DNA of 64,000 nucleotides from Ruditapes philippinarum (Eukaryota): NCBI RefSeq assembly GCF_026571515.1, contig NW_026852705.1, positions 434,001 to 498,000 of the forward strand, read 5' to 3'. Shown piece by piece: positions 1 to 11,803 of this stretch (position 1 is its first letter; each line of letters starts with the position of its first letter). The notes under the pieces were generated by a model. It saw only the letters and a program-made list of their open reading frames with translations, ran no database searches and was not told where the DNA came from. The position numbers and the translations under genes were made by a program.

Positions 1-1369
1 ATAACTGATGATAGATGGAACTTTCAGAAATATCATGGCATCGAAACCTTTTTGTAAAATGCATTCATTTGCGTGTATACAATCCAGTATTAATGATAAT
101 GATATCTTTCACAGCTTCATTAGTTTTAACAAATTGTTTATGTTCTTGCGTGTACAGATCACATGTTTAATGATAAGAATCTTACCTGTCGTCTGCTGGA
201 GGAAAAACGCCTGATTAAAGCAGCGGATGTCATTTTACTGTTTTAAACTGGTAATTTGTTGCGGAGGAATGTACGTCAACGAACAAACTTCATAAAATAG
301 CAAACTAACTTGTTGGGTAGATTTTGGTAGATTAGTGAGAAAATGAAAAGACTAGCATATAATCAGAGATGTTTAACAAGATCATATGTATATTTATGTA
401 CATGTATGCTTCGCTCCCAATTACAATATAGGTTTTATCCGTTTTGTTAAATATTGTGCAAAGTCGTAATCAGTCATTGTATACTCACTGTGCGTATATA
501 AACGTTTATTTCATAAAGGGACATCATGTACTTTCGTTTTACATACTATTTTGATTCCATATATTTATCATATTTCGTATATCGTATTTGATAAAAAAAA
601 TATGTGAACAAAGCGCTGAAGGCACTGGAATTGATATGACTTTCAGAATGACATGTGTATAAAATACAAAATACTAACTGTATTATTTACCAAAAAGCAA
701 CAGAAGAAAAAAATGACTATAAAATCTCAAGAAAAATAAAAAGCTACTGAGAAATAAAATCAAATAATTTCTTGGGCATAATGAGCTTTTCAATAATCAA
801 GAAAATGTCACACAAATTCATATCCAATATAGGATAGATTTATTGGATTCTACATTGTCCAAAGGACGGTTTCATTTTACAATTCAGAAGCTGTAATTTG
901 CTGAAACAAAATGTTAAGAACAAAATAAAATACGTCATGACATTGATAAATCTGGTACCACCAGATATGAAAGTAATTGTTCACGTCACAAAACCTAGGA
1001 TAATAATTTGTCACGTCATAAAAATAATTATAGGAAAATGTCGATTCACGTCACAAAAAATATTCTTGACGATAAGAAATCTATTTTTCTTTACAAAATT
1101 CCATCATAGATAACACTAAAATGACCTGTTTATTATTACAGATAACTTGTGGGAAGAAAATATCCGGACCTTTTATCAGCTGTATATCCTACAAATTAAA
1201 ACCATATTTGATAAAACATCACTTTGCGTGTTAGCAAGCAAGAATTAATGCTGATTATATTGTTAACTTCATCTTTATTTTCAACATGACACAAACAAGC
1301 TAGTTACATGAATATCATACATGCAAACGACATATTAAATGGCAGATTCCTTTTCTTCTGTTATTATCA

Positions 1370-2052
1370 GTTTATGGTGGGTGTCGTATTTTCACTCCGC
1401 GGGGCGCCAGACGGAATCACGAAAATAAGACTTTCGAATTATGGTGTTTGCAGAGACATAGATAACAGAGATAGGCAACTTCCTAGCCAGTTAAAATATC
1501 ACACGTGCCTGCTAAACTTAAAACTTGTAGCAAGTAAAACTTATTAACCAGATATCAAAATCTGTAAAATGATACATTTTCTGAAAGCTTATGCTTTTGT
1601 CTATGGCTGCAGGTAAAAATATTTACAGTTCCGATTTAAATAAATGCTACATCAATTTTTAAAGAGAACTACATAATAATTTTTGTTAAAAAACTATTCA
1701 TATGACAAAAAAAACAGGCTCAGTGGGTATGTTCTGCTATGTTTTTCTAAGTGAAAGGTATGGAAAGTTACCAATATTTTAACATGCAGCAATAGATAAA
1801 ATATTTACCTTTCAAATGGTATATAATATTAAAGGATCAAATGTACATCCATTAAGTTTTATTTGCTACAAAATGCCTAATTTTTCACTTTTTGATAGGC
1901 ATGAGTGATATTTCTGCTTATCTCTGTTATCTATGTCTCTGGTGTTTGCGTCTGGCGCAGAGCGAAAGTAAAAGGAAGTGTTCATTTTGTTGTGTTTTCT
2001 TCGGCGCCCCGCGGAGCAAAGATACGACATGGCAGAAATCAACCATCATAAC
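1370..2052. mobile_element. Older inverted-repeat element that hosts the 1452-1940 MITE
   Basis: TGTCGTATTTTCACTCCGCGGGGCGCC (~1382-1408) is the inverted partner of GGCGCCCCGCGGAGCAAAGATACGACA (~2003-2029). Confidence 0.6.
1452..1940. mobile_element. Non-autonomous DNA transposon (MITE) with ~26-bp TIRs and a perfect target-site duplication
   Basis: TIRs (C)AGAGACATAGATAACAGAGATAGGCA and TGCTTATCTCTGTTATCTATGTCTCT(G), flanked by direct repeat GGTGTTTGC (1443-1451 and 1941-1949). This reads either as a 9-bp TSD (Mutator-like) or as CA..TG ends with a 7-bp TSD (P-like). Confidence 0.85.
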
Positions 2053-3184
2053 AGACTGATTCTGTCAAACTCAATGATATGTTATAAGTACTCGGGAGTC
2101 AAGAAAAGGAAAATTTGAATTTGTAAAAAATAAAGATTAATCTATTTAACAGACTCACAATCAAAAGCAAAAAGTAAATGTAATGGAAATTGGACCAAGA
2201 AAAGTTCAGGATAGTGCTAACGATATATTCAACTTAGTGTATAATAGAATTGATAATGTAATTTAATATTTTAAATAAATAGAGGATATGTGCTTGTATT
2301 GCATGTAAGACTCAAATATATTTCACAGAGAGAAAACTAGATGTAATATGTAGCAAATCATGACGTCACGTTGCTCTTCTGTAAAATTTCAAGAAGTTGC
2401 ACTTTTAAAATAATATCAAATACAAGTTCACCGTTTATTGAAAAGCATGTAATTATATTTTATATAAAATAGCTAGTTATAGTTTTATCAAATGAATGGG
2501 AAACATAAACATTTTACAGAGATCGCGAAAAGGAGCCTAGCTACTTCCTCTTTTTTTTAAGCTACCTAAGGTTTCATTTAAAACCAGCAAAGAAAGGCGA
2601 TCACGCATCTTAAAGTAGATGGATTGAGTTTGGTACAATTTCACTTAGGCGTCTATGTGCTTTACATATATGGAATGAATAAAAAAGCATGACATATTAA
2701 TGTAATTTCTATAGCTTTTGCTAAATATTTAACGGAGTCATTCATTCCCGAATAATGTCTGCTGTAAAAACATTAATTTTAAAATTCAACGACTAAAAAG
2801 ATCCAAATGCAATTTGTGATATCTCTATTAAAACAATAAGCCGAGCACTAGATAAGCTGCGAGTAATGAATTTCACTAAGCTAATGATTTTCTTCCCCGG
2901 ACAATTATATAAAAAGATCTGCAGAGATTTTCCGGATTACGACCGAATTATGCTGAAAAATTCGCTATGTTATCACTTTTGAAACTAGCAAACATAGAAA
3001 GACGACGTCTGCATGATTTATATCAAGGAATATGGAATTAAGACACTGTATATGAACCTTTTTTCGAGATTTATTTTGAATAATTTATTGAAATACATGT
3101 AATGAGATTGTTGCAAAAGAGCGATAGATAAAATAACGCAAAACTAACACTGTTTCCTTCCACCTACACTACGTTATAGGTGCG

Positions 3185-3637
3185 GGGAAAAGACAAATGC
3201 CTTCCCAGACAAAAGCCCTCCCGTCCAAAATTGCTAGGCAGACTAAAACCTCGCATTGAAATGTTAGGGCGGACAACGGGCCTTCGAGTGAAAATGACAG
3301 GCCGGACAGAAATATTTATAATACTGTACGTTTGTAACGTCGCTTTCCTTTGACTAAGAGTTAAGTTTTTCGTTAAATAAATTCATATGAATATTTCTGT
3401 ATAACTAATAATATAAAAGTCACGATTATCCCATGAAAAGCGACGTTACAAACGTGCAGTATTATATTAGTTATAAAGAATTTTTGACAGGTTATATGGC
3501 CGTATATATAATATATATATAAGGTTTGTACATATAACCTAGCCGCTAGGCTTGCCATTTTCACTAGAGGGCGTTTGTCCACTCTGTAGTGTTTGAACGG
3601 GTGTTTTTGTCCGGGAGGGCGTTTGTCCTAAACTCTA
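3185..3637. mobile_element. Degenerate MITE-like element with reiterated subterminal motifs
   Basis: Several GACAAA(A/T)GCCYTC motifs at 3191-3310 and their inverse, GAGGGCGTTTGTCC, at 3567-3628. Confidence 0.5.
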
Positions 3638-4174
3638 TGTGTGCAAAATAAGTTTCCAAATCGTCTCCGCAACAAACTAAACTCGTCTCAATCAAAACCT
3701 GCGGTTGATATACTGTTCAGATTCTATCTCACATGTTAGCATAAAATAAAGCACTTTGTAACACAAATATGTTTAGGATTGGTTATACCTGTACTGTATA
3801 ATAACAAGCAAACAGTAGCTATATACATGCACTCTTTTTGCTCAGGTGTGTATCAGTATTTCGATTCACTTTACACTGATTTTTTAGGATGGACATTGAA
3901 ATTTTGTAATAAAAACATGATATGTGATTTGCTCATCTGGCCATTTCTTTTATTGTAAAAGTGTAAAAGTCGCCATACAGAAAAGTCATACATGTATGCA
4001 GTCTTGGTCACTATTTTTACAACAATCGTTTACAGCTCTTTCAGAAAAAAAGGTGGGGTTAGTGACGAATACATTGAATACAGCAAGACAATGTCTGTCA
4101 AATCGAACGTTTTCACTAACAATACCTACTCCGTGACAACAGATATCCGTTATCGAATTATCGATTTTATTTTA

Positions 4175-4215
4175 CATTACCGGAAGCAACGCCGGTAAAA
4201 TGTAAACAAAGCATT
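4175..4215 (+). promoter_or_regulatory. Putative promoter of the ParB-like gene
   Basis: ETS-type CCGGAAG (4180-4186) and a forkhead-like TGTAAACA lie ~70-90 nt upstream of the proposed ATG at 4269. Motif match only. Confidence 0.3.
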
Positions 4216-4268
4216 TCTTAGAAGATTTATGTTTTGCTGTGCACGTGAACTGTCTTAATTAGGGCAGC

Positions 4269-7200
4269 ATGAAGAGGGCAAGGTAATTACAGGTTTATCT
4301 GTTATATAATTTGTTTAACGTTGTTCCGAAAAGTAAATAGTTTGATGGGCGTAGATCTACCACATTATTAAACTGTTCAATAATATAATATACAGGTATC
4401 TGACAGGTATAGCTACATGTAATTGTACTCTGGCAAATTCTGAAAATGAAAAATGATTAAAAATTTAATTGGTTGTAGAAATCTAGGACATAAGTGACCA
4501 CTGTCAGTCCTGTGTCAGGTAACTGTCAGTCCTGTGTCAGGTAAATTATCATAAAAAAGAAGTACGATATAATAATTGTGTGTGTTTATGTACTATCTGA
4601 TTCATGTAGTATAAGGTTATTACACGTTTGAGTGCAATACTGAATTCTATTTGACGAGTACCCATATGTCGAACCTGTATTGGACGAGGCCAAGTCTGAT
4701 TTAGGTTTTGCAGTTGTGTACGAGTTCAGTAGAAACAATATTGTTCTCAACATTGAATAATATTGATGACCTCTTTATTTCATACAACCATTTTTGGCTT
4801 TTTGATACCTCGTTACTTCAAATACAATAAAGATTTGATATGGATTTTTGGACTCAGAATATGAAAACGAGACTAGATGGAGTATGGTATGCATTTGATA
4901 TAGATTTATTTTAATTTGGAATTGAAAACGAGGCTATATAAGGCTACATGTATATGCATTTGATATGAATTTGTTGGACATCGGAAATCAAAAAGGGGGC
5001 TAAGCTAATAAGACTGGATCCAACAATAATTTTTAGTGCAAGCACTGAATAGTCAATGGATGTGAAAGTAATAGAAAGGGCAAAAATAAAACACGTTCCC
5101 TGTTGTCACAATATGAAACCCCAGAAAAAAGTACCGTATGAACGAGCATCTGAATATGATAATTCTTTGTTATCCCTTTCTCTGTCGTCACAATAAGTAA
5201 ACCCCAGGCAACATGAGCCATCAATGGGAAGGCTCTGGAGTTCTCGTAAGTAATACCTGCACTCCAGTTATTGCACTGTGCATGTATATATTTACGATTT
5301 AACTCTGATACATTTACAACAGAAAGGTCCCCTAACTATAATACATACATACATGTACTTGTACCAACATTTATAAATTGTACATCACGTTAAATACCCT
5401 GTCATATAATGGTGGTGTTCTCAGGGTGATCAAGAAAAAAATAAAAACATGACGCTTAGCTTAGCGCAGTACGATCACATCACTGACATGCATTGCAGTG
5501 TTATTGCCAGTAGGGATTGGGCATGCCTTAAACATACGCCAGCACTAAAGCGTTCTGATAAGCGTTCGGGACCATTGAATGGACGGACGCCAGAGTGACG
5601 CATTATGATCTTCTACGACGTCACATGTATAAACTCCACAAAAGCGCTTAAAGGTTGCAGTGCGAATTATGATGTTAGCTGCTGCGCTTGCAAGGAGACT
5701 ACGAGATGTAACCGTGCCTTTTCGCGTTCATAATGCTTTGAAATCGCAGTGTGTGCTCAGTCAAAGCTTTAAATTGCTTAGAACGCAATGGACAATCCCC
5801 AACTAAAACTCCGCAGAAAATGTTCCTTATTTTCTCAAAAAATATCCTAGATATAGATATATAGACAAACTAGAAAATTGAGCCGCGTCACGACAAAACC
5901 AACATAATGGGTTTGCGACCAGCATGGATCCAGACCAGCCTGCGCATCCGTGCAGTCTGATCAAGATCCATGCTGTTCGCTTACAAACTATAACAAGTAG
6001 AGAAACTGATAGCGAACAGCATGGATCCTGATCAGACTGCGCGGATGCGGATGGGTCGCAACCCCATTATGTTGGTTTTGTCGTGACGCGGCTCAGATGC
6101 TTGTATACTATCAAGGGCAGGTAATACTTACAATCACATCCATACTAGCCATAGTAACCAACGCTGTGAAAATAAGTGGAGCGTGCAAAAATTTAAGAAT
6201 TGAATAATTTTCCATCCAGTTTTCTTACAAGATTTCTTGAAAAAAGGGCATATCTTTTAAAAGGAACATTGTATGTCAGAAATGCTTTTATTTTTATGTT
6301 TCAAAAGCTTTTTAATATTGGTGTACTTTGATAGAATCCAAAAATTACTCATTGGCAAATTTACCTGAACCACCTTTTACATCTGGGTACAGTTATAGTC
6401 AGTTAATATTTTGTATGGTCAAAATACTATTTTGTTTACATTTTGCTACTTTTATACAAATTAAAATTCATATTTGCTCTTTCTAAGGAACTAAAAGTTT
6501 GTTTTGAGGCATACTGTGCCTTTTAAAGAATTTTTGGTCTTCATACTTAAACTGAATAAAATAACATTATAAATATTCAGTAGAATTCCATGAAAATTTG
6601 TGTTGTGACCAAGGATAAAATTATAAAATGAAAAATGAAACCATACATTAAAAAGGTTTGTCAAAGATAACAAAAACAATCAAACTCAAAGGCCGGTTAC
6701 TCGAATATGAGGTCGATTTTTTCGCTTACAATGTTTCTGTCATTATATCTGAATAAAATGTAATGTTTCAGGATCAGATTTTCCTAATACTCGATCCCTA
6801 AAGCCGACTCAAATCGCAACAATGGTACATAAAAACGTCTGTTTACCGGAGCGGAGTCTTTCTTTTTTTTAACCGTTCTTTTGAGGTCGGTTATTACTTT
6901 AACTTTATGAAACCTTATTAATGGACGCATACATTTGGATTCATTATATCTTTATACATGAAATGATAATGAAAATGATATGTTTACAGGGTATCAAACT
7001 TGGCAAACGCGGAGTATTTGAGCCCGGATGACATACGCTACTCTCAGGATACCATCTCTGCTACGTTCTCTAATGGGAAGCCAATAGGAAAAACCCTAGA
7101 TGCCCTTGTCAGGATGGAAACATTTGTTCCAGAAATACCACCCATTTGCGTAGCCAAAGAAAATGGAACGTTTTATACAAGGTGTGTAGTTGAATTTTAT

Positions 7201-9748
7201 GGGGTTTTTTTTGTTTTGTTTTTTTTTCAAGATAAGAATGTCGGTTTATTTTCCATGAGCCGAAAGTCAATCATCCAAACTTACTTGATATTATCTCAAA
7301 ATGAAAAAAGATGATGTTTATTACTTATACCGATTTTCCAGCGTGATTGTTCTGAGGTTCAATTAAAAGTGTTTTTTTTTTTGAAGCTCACATTTAATCT
7401 GACAAAAACAAAATAGTTTGAGGTCGATGGTCAAGAATGTAAAGGAAGTAAATGTTTGAAGTCAAGGGCTGAAAGGTCAAGATCAAATTTACTGTGTATG
7501 TAAAAACTGCTTCCCACCAATAACTTGACAACCCATGGGCCCTCAAACTTCACAGGTGCATTGATCTTGGCCAGCACACGGACCCTATTGCTTTTGGGGT
7601 CGTAGGATCAAAGGCCAAGTAGTCACAACAGATTCCGACCTATAACACGACAACCCATTAGCCATTGACCCTCAGATTTTAAAAGTTCATTGTTCTTGGG
7701 CAGTAGATGACCGCTTTGAGTTTTGAGTTGCAGGCTTAAGGTCAAGGTCACATTGCCATTGTATGTCAAAACGGTTTCCGACCAATAAGTAACTCGACAA
7801 CACATGAGGCCTCGGCCTTCAGATTTCACAGATGAATTGACCTTGGCTAGTAAATGTGCTATTGATTTTGGTGTCGCAGGGTCAAAGTTCAAGATCACCT
7901 TGATCTTGTATGACAAAACAGTATCGACCAATAACTCGTAAATCAATTGACCCTTAGTCTCAAACTTCATATACGCATTGGTCTTGGACGGTCTTTGGTT
8001 TTTGGGTTGAAGGTTTAAAGGTCAAGGTCACATTGACCTTGTATGCCAAAACGGTTTCCAAGCAGTAGTGCATGGAACTTCCGGCATGTTGACGGTGGAC
8101 ATGCATGTTTTACAAATATCTATTGTTTCATTTAGGTTTTTAACAAAGGATGTTTTTACATAAACAACGGCAAATGAGAAATTGTTCATGGCAGATAATT
8201 TTTAAAAACGTTTCTAATTTTCTAGTGTGGTCACAAATAACATTTCGAATCTTCAGTCGAGTCTGACATTTGTCAAGTCATGCTGGTGGCAATGATTCAA
8301 TCATTATTAACACATGTATTTTGTTAAAGAAGTATGTTTCTGTTGAAGAGGGCGGTGATGATATTTTGTAAGATTATTGTTATTTTTCATATTTATTGAA
8401 AAGATAAAGTTCTTCTGTTGTCCTAAAGATAATCAGTCCTATGCAGTATCAGTCTACCTTTATAAATGCTTACATTTTTTTCAGGAATAATCGCCGGCTC
8501 TGGGTTTACAAACAGCTAGCTTCAATGAACCGATGTCATTTCATCCCTTGTTTCAAAGCACCTTACGTCCCTAGAGGACAGTTCACTACAGTGATAGGAG
8601 GACATGAGATAATCGTGCGTGGTGATCCCCAGAGTGAGACCTTAGAAGAGTTTAATACCCATAAACGAAGGGAAATGCTTAAGAGAATCCGCAGCAGACA
8701 GATTTCAGACCATACACCACGTGGTCATTTTACCCCAAGGTTTGAATTCATGCGTGATCAGAAAAGGCGAAAAGTGACGGCAAGGAGAAAGCTAAAGCAT
8801 AAATCTGAAGACAAAAAGGAAAAGGGAACGTTAAAAGAGCAAAATAACGAAGTTAATGACATTATAAAACCAAGCAATAAACAAGATGATACCGATGAGA
8901 TTCAACCTGCAAAAGCTCGGAAGATAAAGGATGATGATAAGTCTTCTCGGGATAGGGAATCGGATGAAAAAACACAATGCAATAAAGAAAACGACATACC
9001 TCTAAAACACACGACAAATACTACAGATAAAAAAGCTGTAGCCAAGGAATTTGACTCTAAAAAACATTTATCTGCGAAGGTGGAAACAAACTTTACAGTG
9101 TGCAAAGATTTAGAAAATAAGGAAGGTAGGGATAATGTAGTAATTGATCTTACTGATGATGACGACCAGGATAATGCTTGTACAATAGATGTTAAATTGC
9201 ATGATAAGGATAAGGAAAATACAAAATGTAGTAGTGATTTGTTCAAATTTTCGGCCAAAAGCAATGCAAGTTCTTTGCCTGTCAGAATATCAGCTAACTT
9301 TAAGTCTCACAAAATCAAAAAAGAAAGAGGCCGCAGCTATGCCAGTGGGTCCCGGAACAGACCAAGACAGTTACAGCAATGTAGGGAAGTTGGTAGGGGA
9401 AATCCTTCTGCACATTATACTGCCCCACAATTTTCTAACAACCAAATTTCAAATTATCACTCAAATAAATTTGATCAGCCACAGCAAGTTAATATCATTC
9501 CGGCACGGCATGATTCGCAACGCGAATACTTGCAAAATTACGATCAAAATCGCTTTAATAGACCTGAATACACCCTATCTGACAGGTATTTAGTGGTACC
9601 ATACCAACCACTCGCTGTACCTGTAATCTACGGCCAAAATCAAAAACCTGTAATTTACGGCCAGAATCAAAATCCTGTAATTTACGGCCAGAATCAAAAT
9701 GTAAGTGCCTCGCACGATTTCCAAATGTTTGGTGATTATAGACATTGA
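4269..9748 (+). CDS. Uncharacterised protein (~489 aa): N-terminal ParB/Srx-like domain plus long Lys/Asp/Glu- and Gln/Asn-rich disordered C-terminus
   Basis: Exons 4269-4282 (ATG AAG AGG GCA AG|gtaatt), 6990-7181 (tttacag|...ACA AG|gtgtgt) and 8485-9748 (ttttcag|G AAT AAT CGC CGG...TGA). Phases 2/2 are compatible and the total is 1470 nt. Spliced protein: MKRARVSNLANAEYLSPDDIRYSQDTISATFSNGKPIGKTLDAL...IPPICVAKENGTFYTRNNRRLWVYKQL. The IRYSQDxI..F..G, P.I.V and NRRL motifs match my recollection of ParB-like domains (not searched). Exon 1 is the least certain part. Confidence 0.75.
5085..5345. repeat. Dispersed repeat shared with 59900-60162
   Basis: AAAACACGTTCCCTGTT...CAATATGAAACCCC...GAACGAGCATCT...GCACTCCAGTTA...CAACAGAAAGGTC is collinear in both places. 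Confidence 0.75.
5879..6095. mobile_element. Palindromic MITE family TGAGCCG...CGGCTCA, copy 1
   Basis: Long TIRs TGAGCCGCGTCACGACAAAACCAACATAATGGG; near-full hairpin; same family as 14942, 24506, 26886 and 38163. Confidence 0.9.
7380..8125. mobile_element. Degenerate Helentron/pearl-like element with ~130-150-bp internal repeats
   Basis: Recurring GGTCAAGGTCAC, CCAATAACTCG and AAACTTCACAG blocks within intron 2 of the ParB-like gene. Confidence 0.55.
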
Positions 9749-11109
9749 CCAAAACTTTGCAGTGTTGTTCTTTCTAAATGACATCATGATTTCACACTTT
9801 TACAAACGTAGCAGGCTGGCAAAACAGTCAAAATGCCTTATATAAGTTCCACTTTGTTGTATTACATATATTATATACGCTTACCACAGATAAATACGGA
9901 TTCGTTAAAGGAACCCCATCACGATCGCACGAAATGAAGACCCTAAAACGTTTCCGTAGATGTACACTTTCTGAAATATTCTACATCTCATTCTGTAATG
10001 TTTCTGTTTTGGGGAGACAAATTAAATGTGTTTTACATTAAGAACAATCAATTTAAGGTTGAAAAAATTAGAACAGAAAATCAGAAATATTTAGTTTTAT
10101 CTCTTTCATCTATGTTAACATTTTCTCATATCTAGAGTCCATTTTGAGCTTCCATAGTTTCGGAAAAAAAGTTTATACAAATTATAAGACTCTTCTATCA
10201 AAGGAAAATTTCTTTGAAATACATCTTTCGGGATAAGTATTCTTTATTGATATTATAATCACATATTTTAAATTGGTAAATTCAGTTAAATAACAAGATG
10301 CTTTTGCATTTATTTTTCAACGTTTGAACAGGATTTCGTATGGTGGGTTTGGATTTTGAATCTCCGTCAGGGGCAAGCCGTTGTTTCTTTACACTCTTGT
10401 GATTGATTGTACTGTTTGTATCCCGGAACGGATTTAGGAATATTCTATTCTACACAACCAAACTAAAATAAACTATAAAACTAAGAATGATTTTGATTTA
10501 ATACTGCTTATGTTGACGTTTCAGTAAGACTGTTTTAAGATCCAAGGGACATGCACATAGTTTAAGAGGTGTAACATTTAAAAGGGATAAGGTATTGATT
10601 GGTGGATTCTCAAATAAAGGCTCGGTTGTTGTTTTACATTAATTTGTGACCTTTACCATTACCTGGCATAGCTGCGCTATAATATAACTGCAATGTTTTT
10701 TTTTTCTTGTTAATCTTTCAAACAATTCCAATAAAATATTTGTGTCCGTCTGTCTGTATGTGTTTTTGTATATGTGTATTAATTTTTTTTATACAATCAT
10801 TGTAATATTTATTGTGATACCAACATATTTCTTGTACATGACCAGTGTTTTCAATGATTTTGATAATATTTTACGTGATATTGTTAAATCGTTTAAATGC
10901 ATGTTTCAGATTAAGAAATGATTCAACTTTTCTCTCATGATCTTCAAATAAGTGAATTTAGAATGTACACTGGGGGTTGTTCAAAAATTTAAAAGACTAG
11001 ACTTTTTACTGCAAAGCACAATACACTACACACAATCTTGGACATTTATGTATCATTTTATGTATATTTTTCTTTATTTCATGCTTTCCAGTGTTTCATT
11101 GTAATATAT

Positions 11110-11620
11110 CAGATGATTATATTCTGATAAACCACTAGTGAAATTTATAAAATATAATTTTCACTGTAGCCGGACTATATCTGAATGCGGATGAAAAGAA
11201 AATTAAACTAAATGGAATAACAGGCAGAAATAAATGCCGTCATACGTAAATTTTGCTTCTTTAGGAAAAATAAGTCGATGTCACCATACATCATGTTAAA
11301 CATGTAACAAAATTAGAGAAATTTAACAGAACTATATTTCAAAATTGATGATGTGACGTCATGATGTGATGACGTCACAAAGGAGACTGCGCGACGTTAC
11401 GCGGCAAAATCAGTAAAAAAATACTTAAAATCACTTAAAAAGCATGAAATAAAAAGAAAATTTATTTGCTTTACATATAAGATTGAAATATATTTCATTC
11501 GTGAACACCAGCTATTATATTTTCACTCGTGGCTACGCCACTCGTAAAAATATTGCATCTGGTGTTCACTCAGTGAAATTATATTTCAATCTTACATGAA
11601 AAACAAACAAATATCCTCTA
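11110..11620. mobile_element. Dispersed repeat with internal palindrome ending AATATCCTCTA (related fragments near 2281 and 57060-57413)
   Basis: TTTCACTCGTGGCTACGCCACTCGT hairpin, GACGTCA motifs and a shared terminus TATCCTCTA/TAGAGGATA. Confidence 0.5.
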
Positions 11621-11803
11621 TGTATTTTTTAAAACGCACATAAAATTAGTATCTGCCAATTTCACAACGTTTAAAACGTCACGCTTCTAGATGGGATGTA
11701 CGCTTATGTCTTCTACATACGTATTGATAACGCAAATATTAATATTTCAATAAAGATTCAGGATCAATGACAAAATTTATTTATAAATGTATATTTCAAT
11801 ATT

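Noticed and set aside
6772-6824. Extra exon ending in ATG|gtacat as the start of the ParB-like gene
   Set aside because: Joined to 6990 the ATG is out of frame and stops quickly; joined to exon 4269-4282 it introduces TAA. It could only be a non-coding or poison exon.
7623-7970. 115-aa minus-strand ORF
   Set aside because: Lies within a degenerate tandem-repeat element in an intron.
8902-9787. Antisense and alternative-frame ORFs over exon 3 of the ParB-like gene
   Set aside because: Shadow ORFs of a real coding exon with no independent features.
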